NCBI RefSeq assembly: GCF_009914755.1
Contig: NC_060934.1
Direction: 5' to 3' (one strand)
Length of the DNA stretch: 64,000 nt
From: the human T2T-CHM13v2.0 reference genome, Homo sapiens
Both the position numbers and the translations under genes were made by a program. Positions 39,012-53,380 of this stretch are shown one piece after another (position 1 is the first letter of the stretch; every line of letters begins with the position of its first letter). Under the pieces are notes generated by a model that saw nothing but the letters and a program-made list of their open reading frames with translations, did no database searches and was not told the DNA's origin.

Positions 39012-40581
39012 GTCAATATCATTAAAATGGTCATACTGCCCAAAACAATTTTACAAATTCAATGCTACTCCTATCAAAATACCAATGCCATTTTTTACAG
39101 AATTAGAAAAAACTATTCTAAAACTTATATAGAATGACAAAAGAACTTGAATAGACAAAGCAATCCTAAGCCAGAAGAACAAAGCCCAAGGCATTACATA
39201 ACCCAACTTCAAACTATACTGTAAGGCTACAGTAACCCAAACAGCCTGGCACTGGTACAAAAATAGACAGGCCAATGAAACAGAACAGAAAACCCAGAAA
39301 TAAAGCCACACAGCTACAATGATCCAATCTTTGACAAAGTCAACAAAAATAAACAGTGAAGGAAAGGACTTATTCAGTAAACGGTGCTAGCCATTTGCAG
39401 AAGAATAAAGCTGGACCCCTACCTTTCACCATGTATAAAAATTAACTTAAGGTGTACTAAAGATACAAATGTAAGACCTCAAACTATAAAAATCTTGGAC
39501 GAAAACCTAGGAAATATCCTTCTTGACGTCAGCTTTGGCAAAGAATTTATGGCTAAGTCCCCGAAAGCAATGGAAACAAAACAGAAATTGACAAGTGGGA
39601 CCTAGTTAAACTAAAGAGCTTCTGCAAAGCAAAAGAAACTATCAATTGAATAAAAAGGCAACCTACAGAATGGGAAAAAATTCACAAAATATGCATCTAA
39701 CAAAAGCCTAATATGCAGAATGCAAGGAACTTAAATCAACCAGCAAAACACAAATAATCCAGTTTAAAAATAGGCAAAGGACATGATCAGACACTTCTCA
39801 AAAGAAGACATACAAACTGCAAACATATAAACTAAATGCTCATCATCACTGTATCATCAGAGAAATGCAAATCAAAACCACATTGAGATACTGTCTTATA
39901 CTAGTCAGAATGGTGATTTTTTTAAAAGTCAAAAACTAACAGATGCTGGCAAGGCTGAGGAAAAAAGGAAATATTTATACACTGTTGGTGGGAATGCAAG
40001 TTAGTTCAGCCACTGTGGAAAGCAGTTTGGAGATATCTCAGAGAACTACCATTCGACTCAGCAATCCCATTACTCTGTATATACCAGAAGGAAAATGAAT
40101 AGTTGTACAAAAAAGACACGTGCACTCATATGTTCATCGCAGTGCTATTCACAATAGCAAAGACACGGAATCAACCTAGGTGCCCATCAATGGTAAAAGA
40201 AAAAGAAAATGTGGTACATATACAACATAGAATAGTACGCAGCCATAAAAAATTCATGTCCTTTACAGCAAAATGGATGCAGCTGGAGGCCATTATCCTA
40301 AGCAAATATACATAAGAACAGAAACACAAATGTTGTCACTTATAAGTGGGAACTAAATATTGGGTACATGTACACATAAAGATGTGAATAATAGAAACTG
40401 AGGACTATGAGAAGTGGAAAGGAGGAAAGTGGCCTGGAGTGAAAAACTACCTATTGGGTACTATGCTCATCATCTGGGTGACAGGATTATCCATTTCTAA
40501 ACCTCAACATCATACAACATACCCATGTAACAAACCCTTTGAATTTAAAATAAAAGATGAAAACACAAAACTTAAATAAAA
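39012..40581 (+). mobile_element. 5'-truncated L1 (L1PA15/16-like): ORF2 C-terminus, 3' UTR and A tail
   Basis: ORF2-like translations ([17 protein letters not shown]; KDTCTHMFIAVLFTIAK); 3' UTR 'gaaaaactacctattgggtactatgctca...acccatgtaacaaacc'. Confidence 0.92.
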
Positions 40582-41817
40582 TGTCTTAATATATTTACTG
40601 AAGATAAACATGATTAATGTTATCTATCATCTGTCAGTTATTTCACTAAGTGTATATAGTGTCTTTTCACTTTTTAAAATATAATTGATATCATAAAACA
40701 CACACCAAAAATTTATACTTCTATGCCAAGTATGGATATATATACTCACTTTTAATAGCTATACAGTATCATATTATATGGACGGGCTATAATTTTTATA
40801 TCCACTCTCCTAATGTGTGGAAATATTGACTTTTAATACTTTCTTTTCTAGCCAATGCTAATGTGTGTTTTTTATACTTATTTCCTTAGGATAAATTTTT
40901 TTAACATTATTCACACACTTAATACCATTGAGTTATTACCTAAATTGCCAAATTTCTATTTAGAAAGATTATGCCAGTTTGAACCCATAAACAATATGTA
41001 GTAAGTTCATTATTCAAAATTCGCTAATTTTTTGCCAATCTAACGATAAAAATCATATCTTATTTGTTTATATCTTTTTAATGCTGTTTGAATATTTTTC
41101 TTAAATTAGGAGATTTGCTTATCTTCTTTATTTAGTGTCTCTTATTATCCTAATTAACTTTTGTATAGGAAAAACAAATATTTATTGACTTGGAAAGCAT
41201 GTAAATATTAATAATCAAAATTTTGGTCATAATTTTGCAAATATGTTTTCCTGTTTGGGTATATCATTTTACTGTTTTAAAACTATTTCTGTTTTTTCAT
41301 TATTATTTGTGGCTTTTATTGTATGGATGATTTTGGTCAGAGTTAATTTGCATGTAGTTAAGAGTTTTTTTACATTTTTTCCTTTCATTTTATAGTTAAA
41401 AATTCTCTGCAAAAATTATGTAGTCACATATTATTTTCCTAGTTAGTAATTATGAGTTTTTCTTTTTCTGGTGTTAAAATAATCCTTAGAAACATACTTT
41501 AAAAACACAAAATAGCTGATTATTTTGTTCTTCCACACTAGAAATATATGAATATATACATACATACACACATACCTTCATGTTTCTGTATGTGTGTATA
41601 TATTCAGCTTTCACTCATAGTGATAAACCCTAATTTGTTTCTAAATTTTTATGTCATATAGAAATTTGTCTTAGCTTTATATATATATAATTTATCTATC
41701 AATAAATATACACTCATTTTATTATGTTCTAAATATTGATCTTTGTTCATCTAACAATACCTGTTGGGCATTTTTCTATGTGAATGCATAGGACACAAAC
41801 TATTTTTAGTGACTGTA

Positions 41818-42191
41818 TAGTTATGCGTCATCTAGCAATGGGAATAGGTTCTGAGAAATGCATAGTTAGGCAATCTCATCATTGTGTGAACATCCTAGAG
41901 TGTACTTATACAAACCTAGATTGTCTAGCCTACTACACACTTAGGCTATATGGTATAGTCTATTGCTCCTAGGCTACAAAGGTGTACAGTATGTTATTAC
42001 ACAAAGGACTGTAGGCAGTTGTCACACAGTGGTATTTGTGTATCTAAACGTATAAAAGGTACAGTTAAAATATAGTAAGAAAGATAAACAATGGTGCAGC
42101 TGTATAGGGCAGCTCCATTATAATCTTATGGAACCACCATCATATATACAATCTGTTGTTCACCAAAATGTCATTATGCAGTACATGACTA
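41818..42191 (-). mobile_element. Tigger3a (MER7-type) DNA transposon
   Basis: TA-flanked; 'ttctgagaaatgcatagttaggcaat...tacaaacctaga...gcagctccattataatcttatggaaccacc...catgact'. Confidence 0.85.
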
Positions 42192-44339
42192 TATACCATT
42201 TCTTATAATGCATATATCACAATTTGTCCATTCACCTATTGATTAATATTTAAATAGTTTCCAATTTTTTGCTACTGTATATTTATATGTACTAGTGGCT
42301 TTATTTTGACAAAATCAATTTCTAGAATGTTTATTTTGAAAAACATCTACAAATATGTATTAAAAACTACTAAAAGTTGCTATTTTGTAGTGCGATTATG
42401 ACAGCATTTTTCTTCATGCATTATATATTTTATTATTCATATTCTTTATATTTTACTATTTACAAGTGGATTTTTCTGCAAATGAAAAAGAATATTTGTT
42501 TAAAATTATGGAGGATCTCCAAGTAAATACAGTGATTCAACATGTATATTGAAAAAACCTCTTCCTCAATGTCCTTTTAAAGAAAAGAAAAGAGACTTTT
42601 CTTAAATTCAGGAATGCACAATGATGAAGAGAACAGACAAGACAAGAGCAAGAAAAGAATAATTGGGAAAGATGGAAGGCATGCCAAAGCATAACATAAC
42701 TGATTTAGAAAATCTGATACAGCCAAATTATATATCAGAAATGGGAAAAGCTAAGGAACAACAAAATTTAGTTGACAGATCCCTCAAAAGACTTAGAGAT
42801 GGGTAGCATCTCCTCCTACAAGGAGGGCATTATGATTGTATGTGTGTGTGCATGTGTGTGTGAGTGTGTGCATGTGTGCCCATACGTAAATAAAAGTGGA
42901 GACTTGGTTTAACAGGTCCAACATCTACCATACTCACAGAGAGTCTGATCCCCACCCCCCCGCTCTCCCATAGAGATTTAGTTCACTGTTACAGTAAAAG
43001 TAGTGTCTGGAGTGATGGATATCATGAATAATTTAGAGTGGTGATACTGTACTGAAATCAGGTTGTTATATGAATATCTGAATAATGTGTGTTGAGGTTT
43101 CCTAGTTTCTCAGAATTTAGTTACCTAAGCCTAAACTGTTAGGGAAAAAATAAAAAAAAAAAATCTTTCTCCTGGAAATTTGAACAGACCAAAATAAAAG
43201 GGATAAAGATACTAACAATGGGGGAATCCAATGAAGCTTACGTAGGTCTTTGTCCCAAGCCTCCAGATAAGACGTCATTGTCTTAAGAAATTTATACTGG
43301 CCTGTGACATCCTGAGTATAAAGCCTAGCTGAGCTGCCTGACCTCATGGAACTATTGTTTTAAGCCACTATGTGACAATCTGTTAAGTGGTGATACAAAA
43401 GTCATTCATGAAAGGTCATAAAATGATTTCCTCCAGTATCCTTCCTTAGAAAGTTTCTGAAAACTGTGCACTACCTAAACGAGGCTGAACCAGATTCAGG
43501 TTTCAACAAGGTTGAAGTCAAGAAAGTAATGTACAAAAGGTGCATAAAATAAGAGATTCAAGACAAAAGGCAACAGAAGGAAATAGCCAAGATAATAAGT
43601 GAAGAGAGATGACAGGTAACAACTGTGTACCAGACTGGAGCAGAAGAGAAGGCCCCAGGAAAACTTTCCTCAGTTAGATTGATTTGATAGAATAATTCAT
43701 GAATGAAGACATTGGGGAAAGATTTAGACAATTGTTAGAATGTTTAGCATTAAATAAGTGAAAAATACATCAAAAACTAAGCAACCTTCCTTCTCTGCAT
43801 CCCTAAAAATAAGATAATTATTAACTCCAGAGGAAAAAAAAATTGAAGCAGGAAATTTTTTCAATGGCCATAGTAAAATAGATGGTTCAGCTTGAGTAAT
43901 GTTTTCATACTTACAACATGAATACTGAAATCAACAAAAATCAAAATTACAATTTAACTAGACTAGATATACGGGAAAAAGGGAGGCTACATGTGTTGGG
44001 GTGGTTTAGGGGCTTGAAAAGGGTTGAAAAAGACCTACCTTCTAATATTCTCTGGTAGGGGCAGTATATAATAGTATATAATGCTTAAAACTTAGAAAAT
44101 AATCAAGGAGTAGCTAAATAGGTATATTATTTGGACATATACAGTTAAATTCTAGAATAAACGTCAAACAGAGTTGAAAGTGGTAGCCTCAGGTTAGAAG
44201 GGAATTTAGGATGTGTGAATTGCTACAAGGACCCTTGTAGAACTATTTTACCCCCAATTTATATTGTGTGCAAGTATAACTTTTAATAATAGTGAAAACC
44301 ATAAATAATTATAAAAACAAGAAAATGTTTCATATAAAA

Positions 44340-46000
44340 CAACAGATTTTATATGAATTTCATCAGTTTCCACTTCTCTCTATTTCGGTGTCCAACCCAG
44401 AATCTTATTTTCACACTGTGCATGTATCTTCTTGGTCTCCTGCAATATGTGACAGTTCCTCCTTCTTTCTTTGTATCGCATTACCTTGACACTTTTGAAG
44501 AGTATTGATCTACAGTTTTTTCCTTTATAATTAAAAACATCCCAGAAAGATAATCCTTGTAAAAAATATGTTTCTTTTCAAGTTGCAGCCCACTAAATTT
44601 AGCATCCATAATTTATTATTATCCTCTCTCATAATTTACCTATTTATTCAATAATGTATTGCTATCATTAAAACATGATTAAATACTGATAGCAATTAAT
44701 GTATTGCTATCAGTGTGGATCCATATATGCTTCTATTATTCTATGGATTATAATAATTACTATCAGCATTTATCTTGCTATTCAAAATTTTCCGATTCTA
44801 GCCATGAGTAGCTCCTTAAGGTTGACTCATGTGTGCTTTCAACATGTTACCCCCTTTTTCTGAACATGTGCTTACTTTCTGACACAAGATGCTCTAGGCT
44901 CATGTTGTATTTTCCCTAAATCAGCCTTGAGTTCAACCATTCCTCCAAAGACGTTTTATCAGTCAGGGCTCTCCCAAGAAACGGAACTACTAAGATGTGT
45001 GTATATATGCATATAGAAGGATTTATTTTAAGAAATTGGCTCACACAATTATGGGAGCTGGCAAGTCCAAAAATCTGCATGGCAGGCCCACAGGCTAGAG
45101 ACCCAGAGAAGAGTTCATATTGCAACTCAAGTCTGAAGGCAGTCTGCTTATAGAACTAGCCTTTTCCTCTGGGAACTTCAGTCTTTTTCTGTTAAGGTCT
45201 TCAACTGATTATATGAGGGCCCCTCACATTAAGGAAGATAACCTTTTTACACAAAGTGTACTGTTTAAATGCTAATCTCATTTTAAAAACACATTCATGA
45301 CAACATCTGGACTGGTGCTTGACCAATTATCTGGGAACTATGGCCTAGACAAGTTGATACATAAAATTAACCATCACAGAGCCCCAGTTCCTCTTTTTGG
45401 ATACCACTTACAAACCAGCACGTGGATGCTAGGTATGCTTACTGTTACTGGGAAATCAATGCCTCTCAGTGTACAGAGCTAAGAACATTTGTATAAATAC
45501 TGTAAAGTATATGTATAAATACTCATCCACACAATTCTTTCTCTCCCTCAATCTCTCTCTTTCTTTATGTGTGTGTGTGTGTGTGTGTGTGTATGAGTTC
45601 TTACTTATACTTTTAATTCTAATTCAACATAACAAGACCCTCCTCTTTATTTGTAACTTTTTTCTACAACGCTGATAAAACAATATATGTGTGTAAAGTC
45701 ATTTCAGAATTACTCACACTCTTATGAGAAACAAATTTCCTAACTGTATGACAGTATGTGTGTACAGTTTCTTGTGTCTTTAGCTTTAGAGTATCTGGTC
45801 AAAATATTTTTTTCCAATGTTATTTGGGTTAGCTCTTTTCTTCCCTTCTACCTTCAGTGTGATTATGTTATTCATCTGTAATGCATTTAGCTTCTTTTGT
45901 TCCTGTTTTTATTACCTTTCTGGTGGTAGGTCAATTTTTAATTTAACATTAAAGGACAATACTTACATAATGAAGAGTGAATTTTTAAATTTAAATTCCT
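44340..46000 (-). mobile_element. L1MC-like 3' region, interrupted by MLT2
   Basis: 'accttgacacttttgaagagtattg', 'cacaagatgctctaggctcatgttgtattttccc', 'ggatgctaggtatgctt'. Confidence 0.65.
44955..45378 (-). mobile_element. MLT2 (ERVL) solo LTR
   Basis: 'atcagtcagggctctcc...aagaaattggctcacacaattatggg...caagttgatacataaaattaaccatcaca'. Confidence 0.88.
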
Positions 46001-46402
46001 ATTAATTTTTTAAAACTCTGTATTAATCTTTAAGTATTAGTTAATGGCTTTCATTTTAGATTTTGGGTAAGCTCAGTCCCTCATGGGAAGATGGAGGGGA
46101 AGAAGCCATTGACCTTGCTCAGCATATAGATTTGTTCTCTCCTCTTCTAGAATTTGCCAGTTCTCTTGATGCTCACCCAGTACCTATAAAACTGTTATTT
46201 TTGTGAGTAAAAAGCAAGCCAAAGTGCTAGCATGTTGCTTGACACTGCCATGATAACTCTCAAGAATTGTGTAAGACATCTGGTTTGCTAAACTAATTTT
46301 GCATTAGTTTTTCTATCTAGTGAGAATTTTCCACAGAACATGGAAACTATATAAATGTACTTCCCAGAGATTACTCTAATTCAACAGTAATACTTGATCA
46401 TG

Positions 46403-46665
46403 TTTTAAAAATTTTTATTGATATATAATATCCATATACATTTTTTGACAGTACATGCAACGTTTTGTTACATGCATAGAATGTATAATGATTAAGTCAG
46501 AGTATTTAGGACATCTACTACTTTGAGTATTTTTCATTTCTATGTGTTGGGAGCATTTCAAATCCTCTTGTCAAGATATTTTGAAATATACACTACATTG
46601 GTGCTCAGTATTGTCACCCTATTATGATCTTGAACATTAAAACTTATTCCTCCTAACTATATGTT
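46403..46665 (-). mobile_element. L1MA 3' end
   Basis: 'tttttattgatatataata...catgcatagaatgtataatgattaagtcagagtatttagg...ttttgaaatatacac'. Confidence 0.8.
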
Positions 46666-46734
46666 CACTTGATAATATTAATTAAAATAGGTTTGTCTTA
46701 AGACAAATTGCAAGCATCATTTTTTCTACAGAAA

Positions 46735-47000
46735 TCACATGAATCTACTGTGTGATTCCCTGTTTGTGACATTCTAGAAAAGGCAAAAACTGTAAGGACA
46801 GAAAACGAGTCAGTATTTATTTAATAGGGTGAGGACTGACTTTAAGTGGGCATGAGGGAATTTTTTGTTAAAATGGAGGTTGTCTATATCTGGATATTAA
46901 AGACAGCTACATGAAAGCATACAATTGTCAAACCACATTAAACTGTATACTTTTAAATGGTTATCTTATGGTATTATATTTCAATTATAAAAACATGTTT
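46735..47000 (+). mobile_element. L1MC/MD-like 3' end
   Basis: 'tactgtgtgattcc...gacattctagaaaaggcaaaaactgtaaggacagaaaac...tatatttcaattataaa'. Confidence 0.7.
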
Positions 47001-47133
47001 AATCACAGAGAACAAGAGCCAAAGTATTATATATTGAAAGTAAGATTTAATGACAGCATTTATAAACATGTTGGAATATTAGATAATTCAATGATATGCA
47101 GTGAATGACCAAAAAGACTATTTTTATCTTAGG

Positions 47134-47845
47134 CTAATTTTCTTCTGCAGCTTCCTCACCTCTCTCAGCCTTCATAGAATTAGAGAGAGTTAGAACCTTG
47201 CTCTGGATTAGGCTTTGGCTTAAGGGAATGTTGTGGCTGGTTTGATCTTCCATCCAGACCACTAAAACTTTCTCCACATCAGCAGTAAGGCTGATCTGCT
47301 TTCTTATCATTTGTGTGTTCACTGGAGTAGCACTTTTAGCTTCCTTTAAGAACTTTTCCTTTGCATTCACAACTTAGCTAACTGGTACAAGAGGCCTTGC
47401 TTTCAGCCTCTCTTGGCTTTTGACATGCCTTCCTTCCTCGCTAAGCATAATCCTTTCTAGTTTTTGATTTAAAGTGAGATATGTGGTGACTCCTCTTTCC
47501 ACTTGAAAACTTAGAGGCCATTGTAGGATTATGAATTGGCTTAATTTTAATATTGTTGTGTCACAGGAAATAAGGAGGCCCAAGGAGAGGGAGAGTGATG
47601 AGGGAATGGCTGGTGAGTGAAGTAGTCAAAACACACACAACCACAGGATTTATCCATTAAGTTTGCTTCTTTATAATGTCGTGATTCATGGCATCCCAAA
47701 ACACTTACAATAATAAAAAAAATCACTGATCACGTATCACCATAGCAAATATAATAATAATGAAAACGTTTGAAATATTGCAAGAATTACAAAAATGTGA
47801 CAATCAGAAATGAAGTGAGCATGTGCTGTTGGAAAAATAGCTTCC
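47134..47845 (-). mobile_element. Tigger1 fragment (5' region and N-terminal transposase remnant)
   Basis: ORF 47134-47370 [24 protein letters not shown]...[24 protein letters not shown]...[11 protein letters not shown] matches Tigger1 transposase (CENP-B-type HTH); frameshifted and truncated. Confidence 0.93.
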
Positions 47846-47849
47846 TATG

Positions 47850-47960
47850 GATTGGCTTATTTGAATAATTTTCCAGGCTCCAAAGCATAGGGCTATTCCT
47901 AGTTGTCTGAAACCTGGCCCCAGAGTGATTTGGGTTGGAGCATAGTGGCCACCAAGGTGA
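47850..47960. mobile_element. MER21-like LTR fragment
   Basis: 'attggcttatttgaataattt...cctagttgtctgaaacctggcccc...tagtggcc'. Confidence 0.55.
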
Positions 47961-48039
47961 GAGCTCTTTAATGGAAATGGTGGGGGTATGGACTTCATTA
48001 GCTGCTAAAAAGAACTGAATCACCTGTAGCTAGAGACTC

Positions 48040-48190
48040 AACATTGGGTCAAGATACCATTTAGTTAAAACACAAACCAAAAAGCTCCATTACAGTCCTT
48101 ATCCAGGTCTGTTAAATCAGAACCTGTGTTTTGAAAATACCTCCAGAAGATGCCAATGCACGTTCAGATTTGGGAAGCACTGCTTTAAAC
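48040..48190. mobile_element. MER5A-like fragment
   Basis: 'ctgttaaatcagaacctgtgtttt...cagatttgggaagcactgctttaaac'. Confidence 0.55.
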
Positions 48191-48454
48191 AATGCTTTTT
48201 CAAGAGCAGTTGAAACATTACAAATGTTTAATTCAGAAAAGAAGAAATTTTAGATGGATATGGAAAGTGAGTCAAAATATATTTTTAGGGACTTTGGGTG
48301 GGTCTAAATATATGAGGGCTCTCATAAGACATTTGATCCCATAGGAAAGAATAAGAAATATCAATTACAAGTTCAAAAACATAGATTTTGTTAAAATAAG
48401 ATCCTGGTAAAGTGACTACATTATTTGAGGATCATCTTTATGGAAGAATTATAT

Positions 48455-48817
48455 AACCTTATTCTGTTTGACTTAGCCATGAACACTCAACTTGTTCTGG
48501 CCAATGAAACGTGAAAGAAAAAGACATTTGTTATCTCCAGACAGAAACTATAAGAAGCAATGAATATTTCGCCATTTTCCCTTTCTTTGATTCTGGAATC
48601 ACAGAAGTATATGTCAAGATAGAGCTTCCAATAGCCTATGTATCTCAGGAACTAAAATAAACAGAGTGTCTTGGCATACTGCAATAGATACATAGTGTAA
48701 GCCATAAACATTTTATTTTAAAAAACTTTTTGGGTTTCTTTGTTTGTTTTATGCCTCTGAAATTTGGAAGTTACTTGTTATTGGTGTAACATAACCTAAG
48801 GTGACCTGACAGATACG
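48455..48817 (+). mobile_element. MLT1 (MLT1J-like) LTR fragment
   Basis: 'ttctggccaatgaaacgtga...cctctgaaatttggaagttacttgttatt...cataaccta...ctgacagatac'. Confidence 0.6.
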
Positions 48818-49283
48818 TGACAATGATGATAGAACTTTCTAAGATATGCAGCTTACAAAAATGCATTTTCTTCTGAGAAATAAGAATGAGGGTCTGCAAC
48901 TAATTAAACACAGATTTAAATTGCAATCCCATTTCCATACCATTTATATTGGCTGGTATTTCATAGGTGTTTGATAAGTGTTATTTTTTATTCCATTAAC
49001 GCAGTGGTTTGTAAATAGTCTTCTGGAGCTCCATATTTTTATGCTGGTGCCTGTGGGATCATGGTGTACCTCAAAGAGGATGGTGTGGGTATAGGCTTCA
49101 GGTCGGCAGTCTCCTATTCAATTCGTGCAACCCTACTTGAAAATTTTTACATATTACAGTGGCATTTAAATTTAGCTGACTAAAAATGTTCAAAAGGGCA
49201 TGGAATGTAAAAAACAGTGCTCTACAGAATTGCTTGTGAATGAAAATGTTCTAAACATTTCAGTTAAGTATCATTGAGCACCA

Positions 49284-49397
49284 TTGGTGACAATATGTCT
49301 CAGTTTTCTCAGGACAGTCCTAATTATTAATTAGTGATTTTTCCCTCTTTTACTCTCAAAAACTACCTAATTGGATAACAAATTATATGGCCACCCA
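49284..49397. mobile_element. MER94-like hAT-Blackjack element
   Basis: 'ggtgacaatatgtctcagttttctcaggacagtcc...ggataacaaattatatggccaccc' with TIR-like ends. Confidence 0.55.
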
Positions 49398-51846
49398 AAT
49401 AAAAAGCTCAGTACAATGACTACGAATAAATGATTATAACAATAAATAGTTAAAATGTACATGTCACAATATACTACAGATTTCTTTCCTTTGTTAAAAG
49501 TGATTCTTTGTCACCTGATGAGTCAATCAACCAGATGCACTTTAAAATTACATTTAAACTTTGAAATTCTATTACAGCATAAACAGAAATAACCTAGAGT
49601 AACACTCTGAAGAATGAGGAGACTGTCATTGCTAAGAAAAATACATTTTGATAACACCAAATATACGGAAGCCATGAGAAACAGACAATGCTAATGGAAC
49701 ATGATTTTAATATTTGAAAGCCTTATGTGGTTCTAAGAGATGAGATGTATATTATAAGAGTTCTATCAAGTTCAAAAGTCTTTAGAGTTGTAGGGAACAG
49801 TTAATTAACTTGGAGAACTTAAAAGCAACAAAATTAATATTACAACCAAGAACTATAGCCATCAGTTACCAGTTACATATAGTTTTACTTAAAAAACATA
49901 GGTTCTAAATCTAAGGCACGTGTTCAGCATCATCACTTCATCTTTCTGTAACAGAGTATGACAACTGTAAATAGGGTTCACCTATATCATCAGTGTTATA
50001 GTAAATTGTTCAACTGCATCCTAGCCAATCGTCCTGTTTCTTAAGTACTTAGAAACTCAAAGATGCAGGTCCAAAAACATTGCTTTAGGAAAGCAGCCCT
50101 TCACAGTATTTGGGCTTATATAATTGTGATTGCAGTGGTAAGCATTTGAAAACTTATGAAAATTTAGAATCACTCAAAATACAATTGACTCCAGGTTATT
50201 AATAATTTACATTAGGAAATATAAGTATAAATATTTACATTTCAACTATTTTAATTGTTTAAGACAATTTGACCTTTCAAGAAGATAATTTTAAAAAGTA
50301 ACTCCAATCTCAAATGTATAATTGTAAATTGATATTTAATTTGAAGACTTCATTAATTTAGAAACAATATTGAAGGGTTTATGATAACTTAAAATTTTTA
50401 AAAGGTCTAGCATATTATGATTTTAAGAGTCACAAAAGTGCTTGAAAAGGTTTGTCACCCAGATAATGGGGAAAGTTAAAAAGGATATCAAGTATTGCAA
50501 AGTATCTGATTAGTAGAGAGACTAAATTCAGATGCCAGCATAAAGTTTAAGTACCTCACACTGTTATTTAACTTGTGTTGGCCAATATAAACCAAATTTA
50601 GAAAATTCATCTTTCATGCCTAATATGTGAATGAAGAAAAACAAAAAAATTTTAAAGAAAATTCATCCTTTTATAAGCCTAACTGTTTGTGGGAAAAAGA
50701 CAGTTACCAAAAGCAGTCATAAAATGACTGTGTGCATTTTCCTAAGTAGTCATATACCAATTCTGTTTCCTCATAATTTCCAGCCATGCTTTTCAGATGT
50801 ATAAATGGCAGCATATGGCCACATAACAAAGTTTAAGAAACTAAGTATTATCATAAATTTCACAGAACACTAGCCTCTTATGAGCAATGGGAACTTGGGA
50901 ATAAATCTAATCTTTGTGATAGAACAGTATCTCTACATTTCATTAATTGAAATAGATAATTTTCAAGACTTTTCAAACCATAAATGCAACCCAGTATGAA
51001 AAGTCTAAAGCTCAGGTCTAGAGTTCTTATCTGATGGAATGTTTAATCATGAAATCAATATTTTGAGAACAAAAATTCTAGTGAGCTGTGTGTGCCTGGG
51101 GAGAATATTTTCATGGCTTGTGATGCTACTTAATAAGTGAAAATCACTGAGACACAACCTGAGAAGGAAGTCTGTGAAATAAAACATTTAGCTGTTTTTA
51201 CAAGATATTGGGCAATGCAAATTATGTTGTCTAACCACTGTGATTTTTTAAAGCTTGCTGATGCCTATGCAATGACTTGTCAGGGTGGTAAAACTCGTGG
51301 TGCTTTTTATCCTGAGTTCATTGATACCTGATTTCATTTTTTAAATCACTCTGCGTCAGCATTGAAAAAAGGTAAACAAAACTTTTACAAGATGAAATTT
51401 GAGGTGGAGAAAATAATGGCACATCATTTCCATTCCTGTCTTCTTTTATTTTATTTTATTTTTTTTTTAAGGAAAGCATACAGACTGGAAGAACAGCCCT
51501 GTATGGGTCCTTAGAAGCATCTATAGTGCACTGGGCAGGAGTACTGACACTTTCCCATGTCTTGCACACAAGGTTTCTGTAATTCATTGTAATCACAGTT
51601 CCCCACATCCCTACTTGCTACAAAGTTCTACAGAGATGAAGCATTTTGGTTATGTCTAATGCTCTTAGAAAATGATTTTCTAATTCTAGAAAACACAGGA
51701 AAGCCACCAACAAAAAGACTTTTTTTTTCTTGAAACAGTAAAAATAACATGGTTTAAAAAATGAAAGAACAAATATGGGTAAACTCTGGTCAAACAAGAT
51801 GTCACTTACTAAACAGAAAGATAGAAGAGGTAAGGAATTGATGCCT

Positions 51847-52262
<416 letters not shown>

Positions 52263-52479
52263 TTACAATCCTTACTATCTCTGCTCTATGAATCTAGGTA
52301 CCTACGCTTCCCTAGTGGGTAAGATGCACACAATGTGAGCAAATGTGAATCAACTCACTGAAAGCAGTTGTTTTGAGTCTCTCAATAAAATCTACGTCTG
52401 TTGGCATCTCATTGAATCTAGGCCCAGTTCACTTCTCTGAAAAGATAGCTAATTAGTCTAAGTATGATAGATATAGATA

Positions 52480-52873
52480 CACGCCACCTGTCAGGAAAGA
52501 ACTGCCATGCTGCAGGAATGTGATCAGCAGACAGCCATCAACATTCAGCTCCTTTATAATCAGCCTCTGCTTCAGAAAGTAGCCTTGCCAGAGGTCATGA
52601 TTTTCCCTGGGCAGCCCACATTGGATAAATAAAAGGCTGGGACATAAAGGTACAGTCATTTCAGCTCAAAATAGGACAACTAGACAGGTAATACTTGCTC
52701 CTGATCTCTTCCCTCACATTGGCTGAATGTTTGACAGACATACATCAGAGTACGACTTCTTCCTCTAACCAATCTTTCTTTCTTTACCTTTCACAGGTAT
52801 TAATCCCTAATAAATACTTTGCACCCAAAACTTCATCTTAGTGTATGGTGCTGGAGCTTTCCGAACTGTGACA
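52480..52873 (+). mobile_element. LTR16A-like ERVL solo LTR
   Basis: 'gaggtcatgattttccctgggcagcccaca...ttcacaggtattaatccctaataaatactttgcacccaaaacttcatcttag...aactgtgaca'. Confidence 0.7.
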
Positions 52874-53327
52874 TCAACTAATTTCTTCTAAAGTGTTATT
52901 AGCAAATAGCAGCTTAATGTGCCACACCTCTGAGTACACTGTAGTTTAAGAAGAGACCCCTGAAAACACAATGCCTTTATCCAAAAATAGTCATTCTAAA
53001 ATGCTAGGATTCTTGTAACTTGGTAGGCTAGAAATTTACATAATGCTTAGAGAGCAAAAAAAAAACCTTCCTAAAGTAATTTTAATGTATCTCATTAAAA
53101 GGCTACTTATTGTTCATTAACCATTTACCAACACAGCTAGAAAAAAAAAGCCACAGTTAATTCTACTAAAAATGGATAATTTCACTTTTGATAGTATACA
53201 TAATTATTTTAAAACTAAAAATGTTTCAGGCACTGTATTAAATTCTGTAAATTTATTTTCACCAATTTATTCTTGGAGCAATCCCTTATGTAACTTTATA
53301 GATAAGAAAACCAAGGCTCAAAAAAGG

Positions 53328-53380
53328 TAGATAGATAGATGATAGATAGATAGAGAGATGGATAGATAGACAGATAGATA
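53328..53380. repeat. Imperfect (GATA)n tetranucleotide microsatellite
   Basis: tagatagatagatgatagatagatagagagatggatagatagacagatagata. Confidence 0.9.

Noticed and set aside
39051-40315. ORFs resembling L1 ORF2
   Set aside because: Fragments of a 5'-truncated, mutated L1; no intact endonuclease or RT
47134-47583. TIGD1-like / CENP-B-like ORFs
   Set aside because: Frameshifted, truncated Tigger1 transposase remnant without the DDE domain; not a domesticated gene
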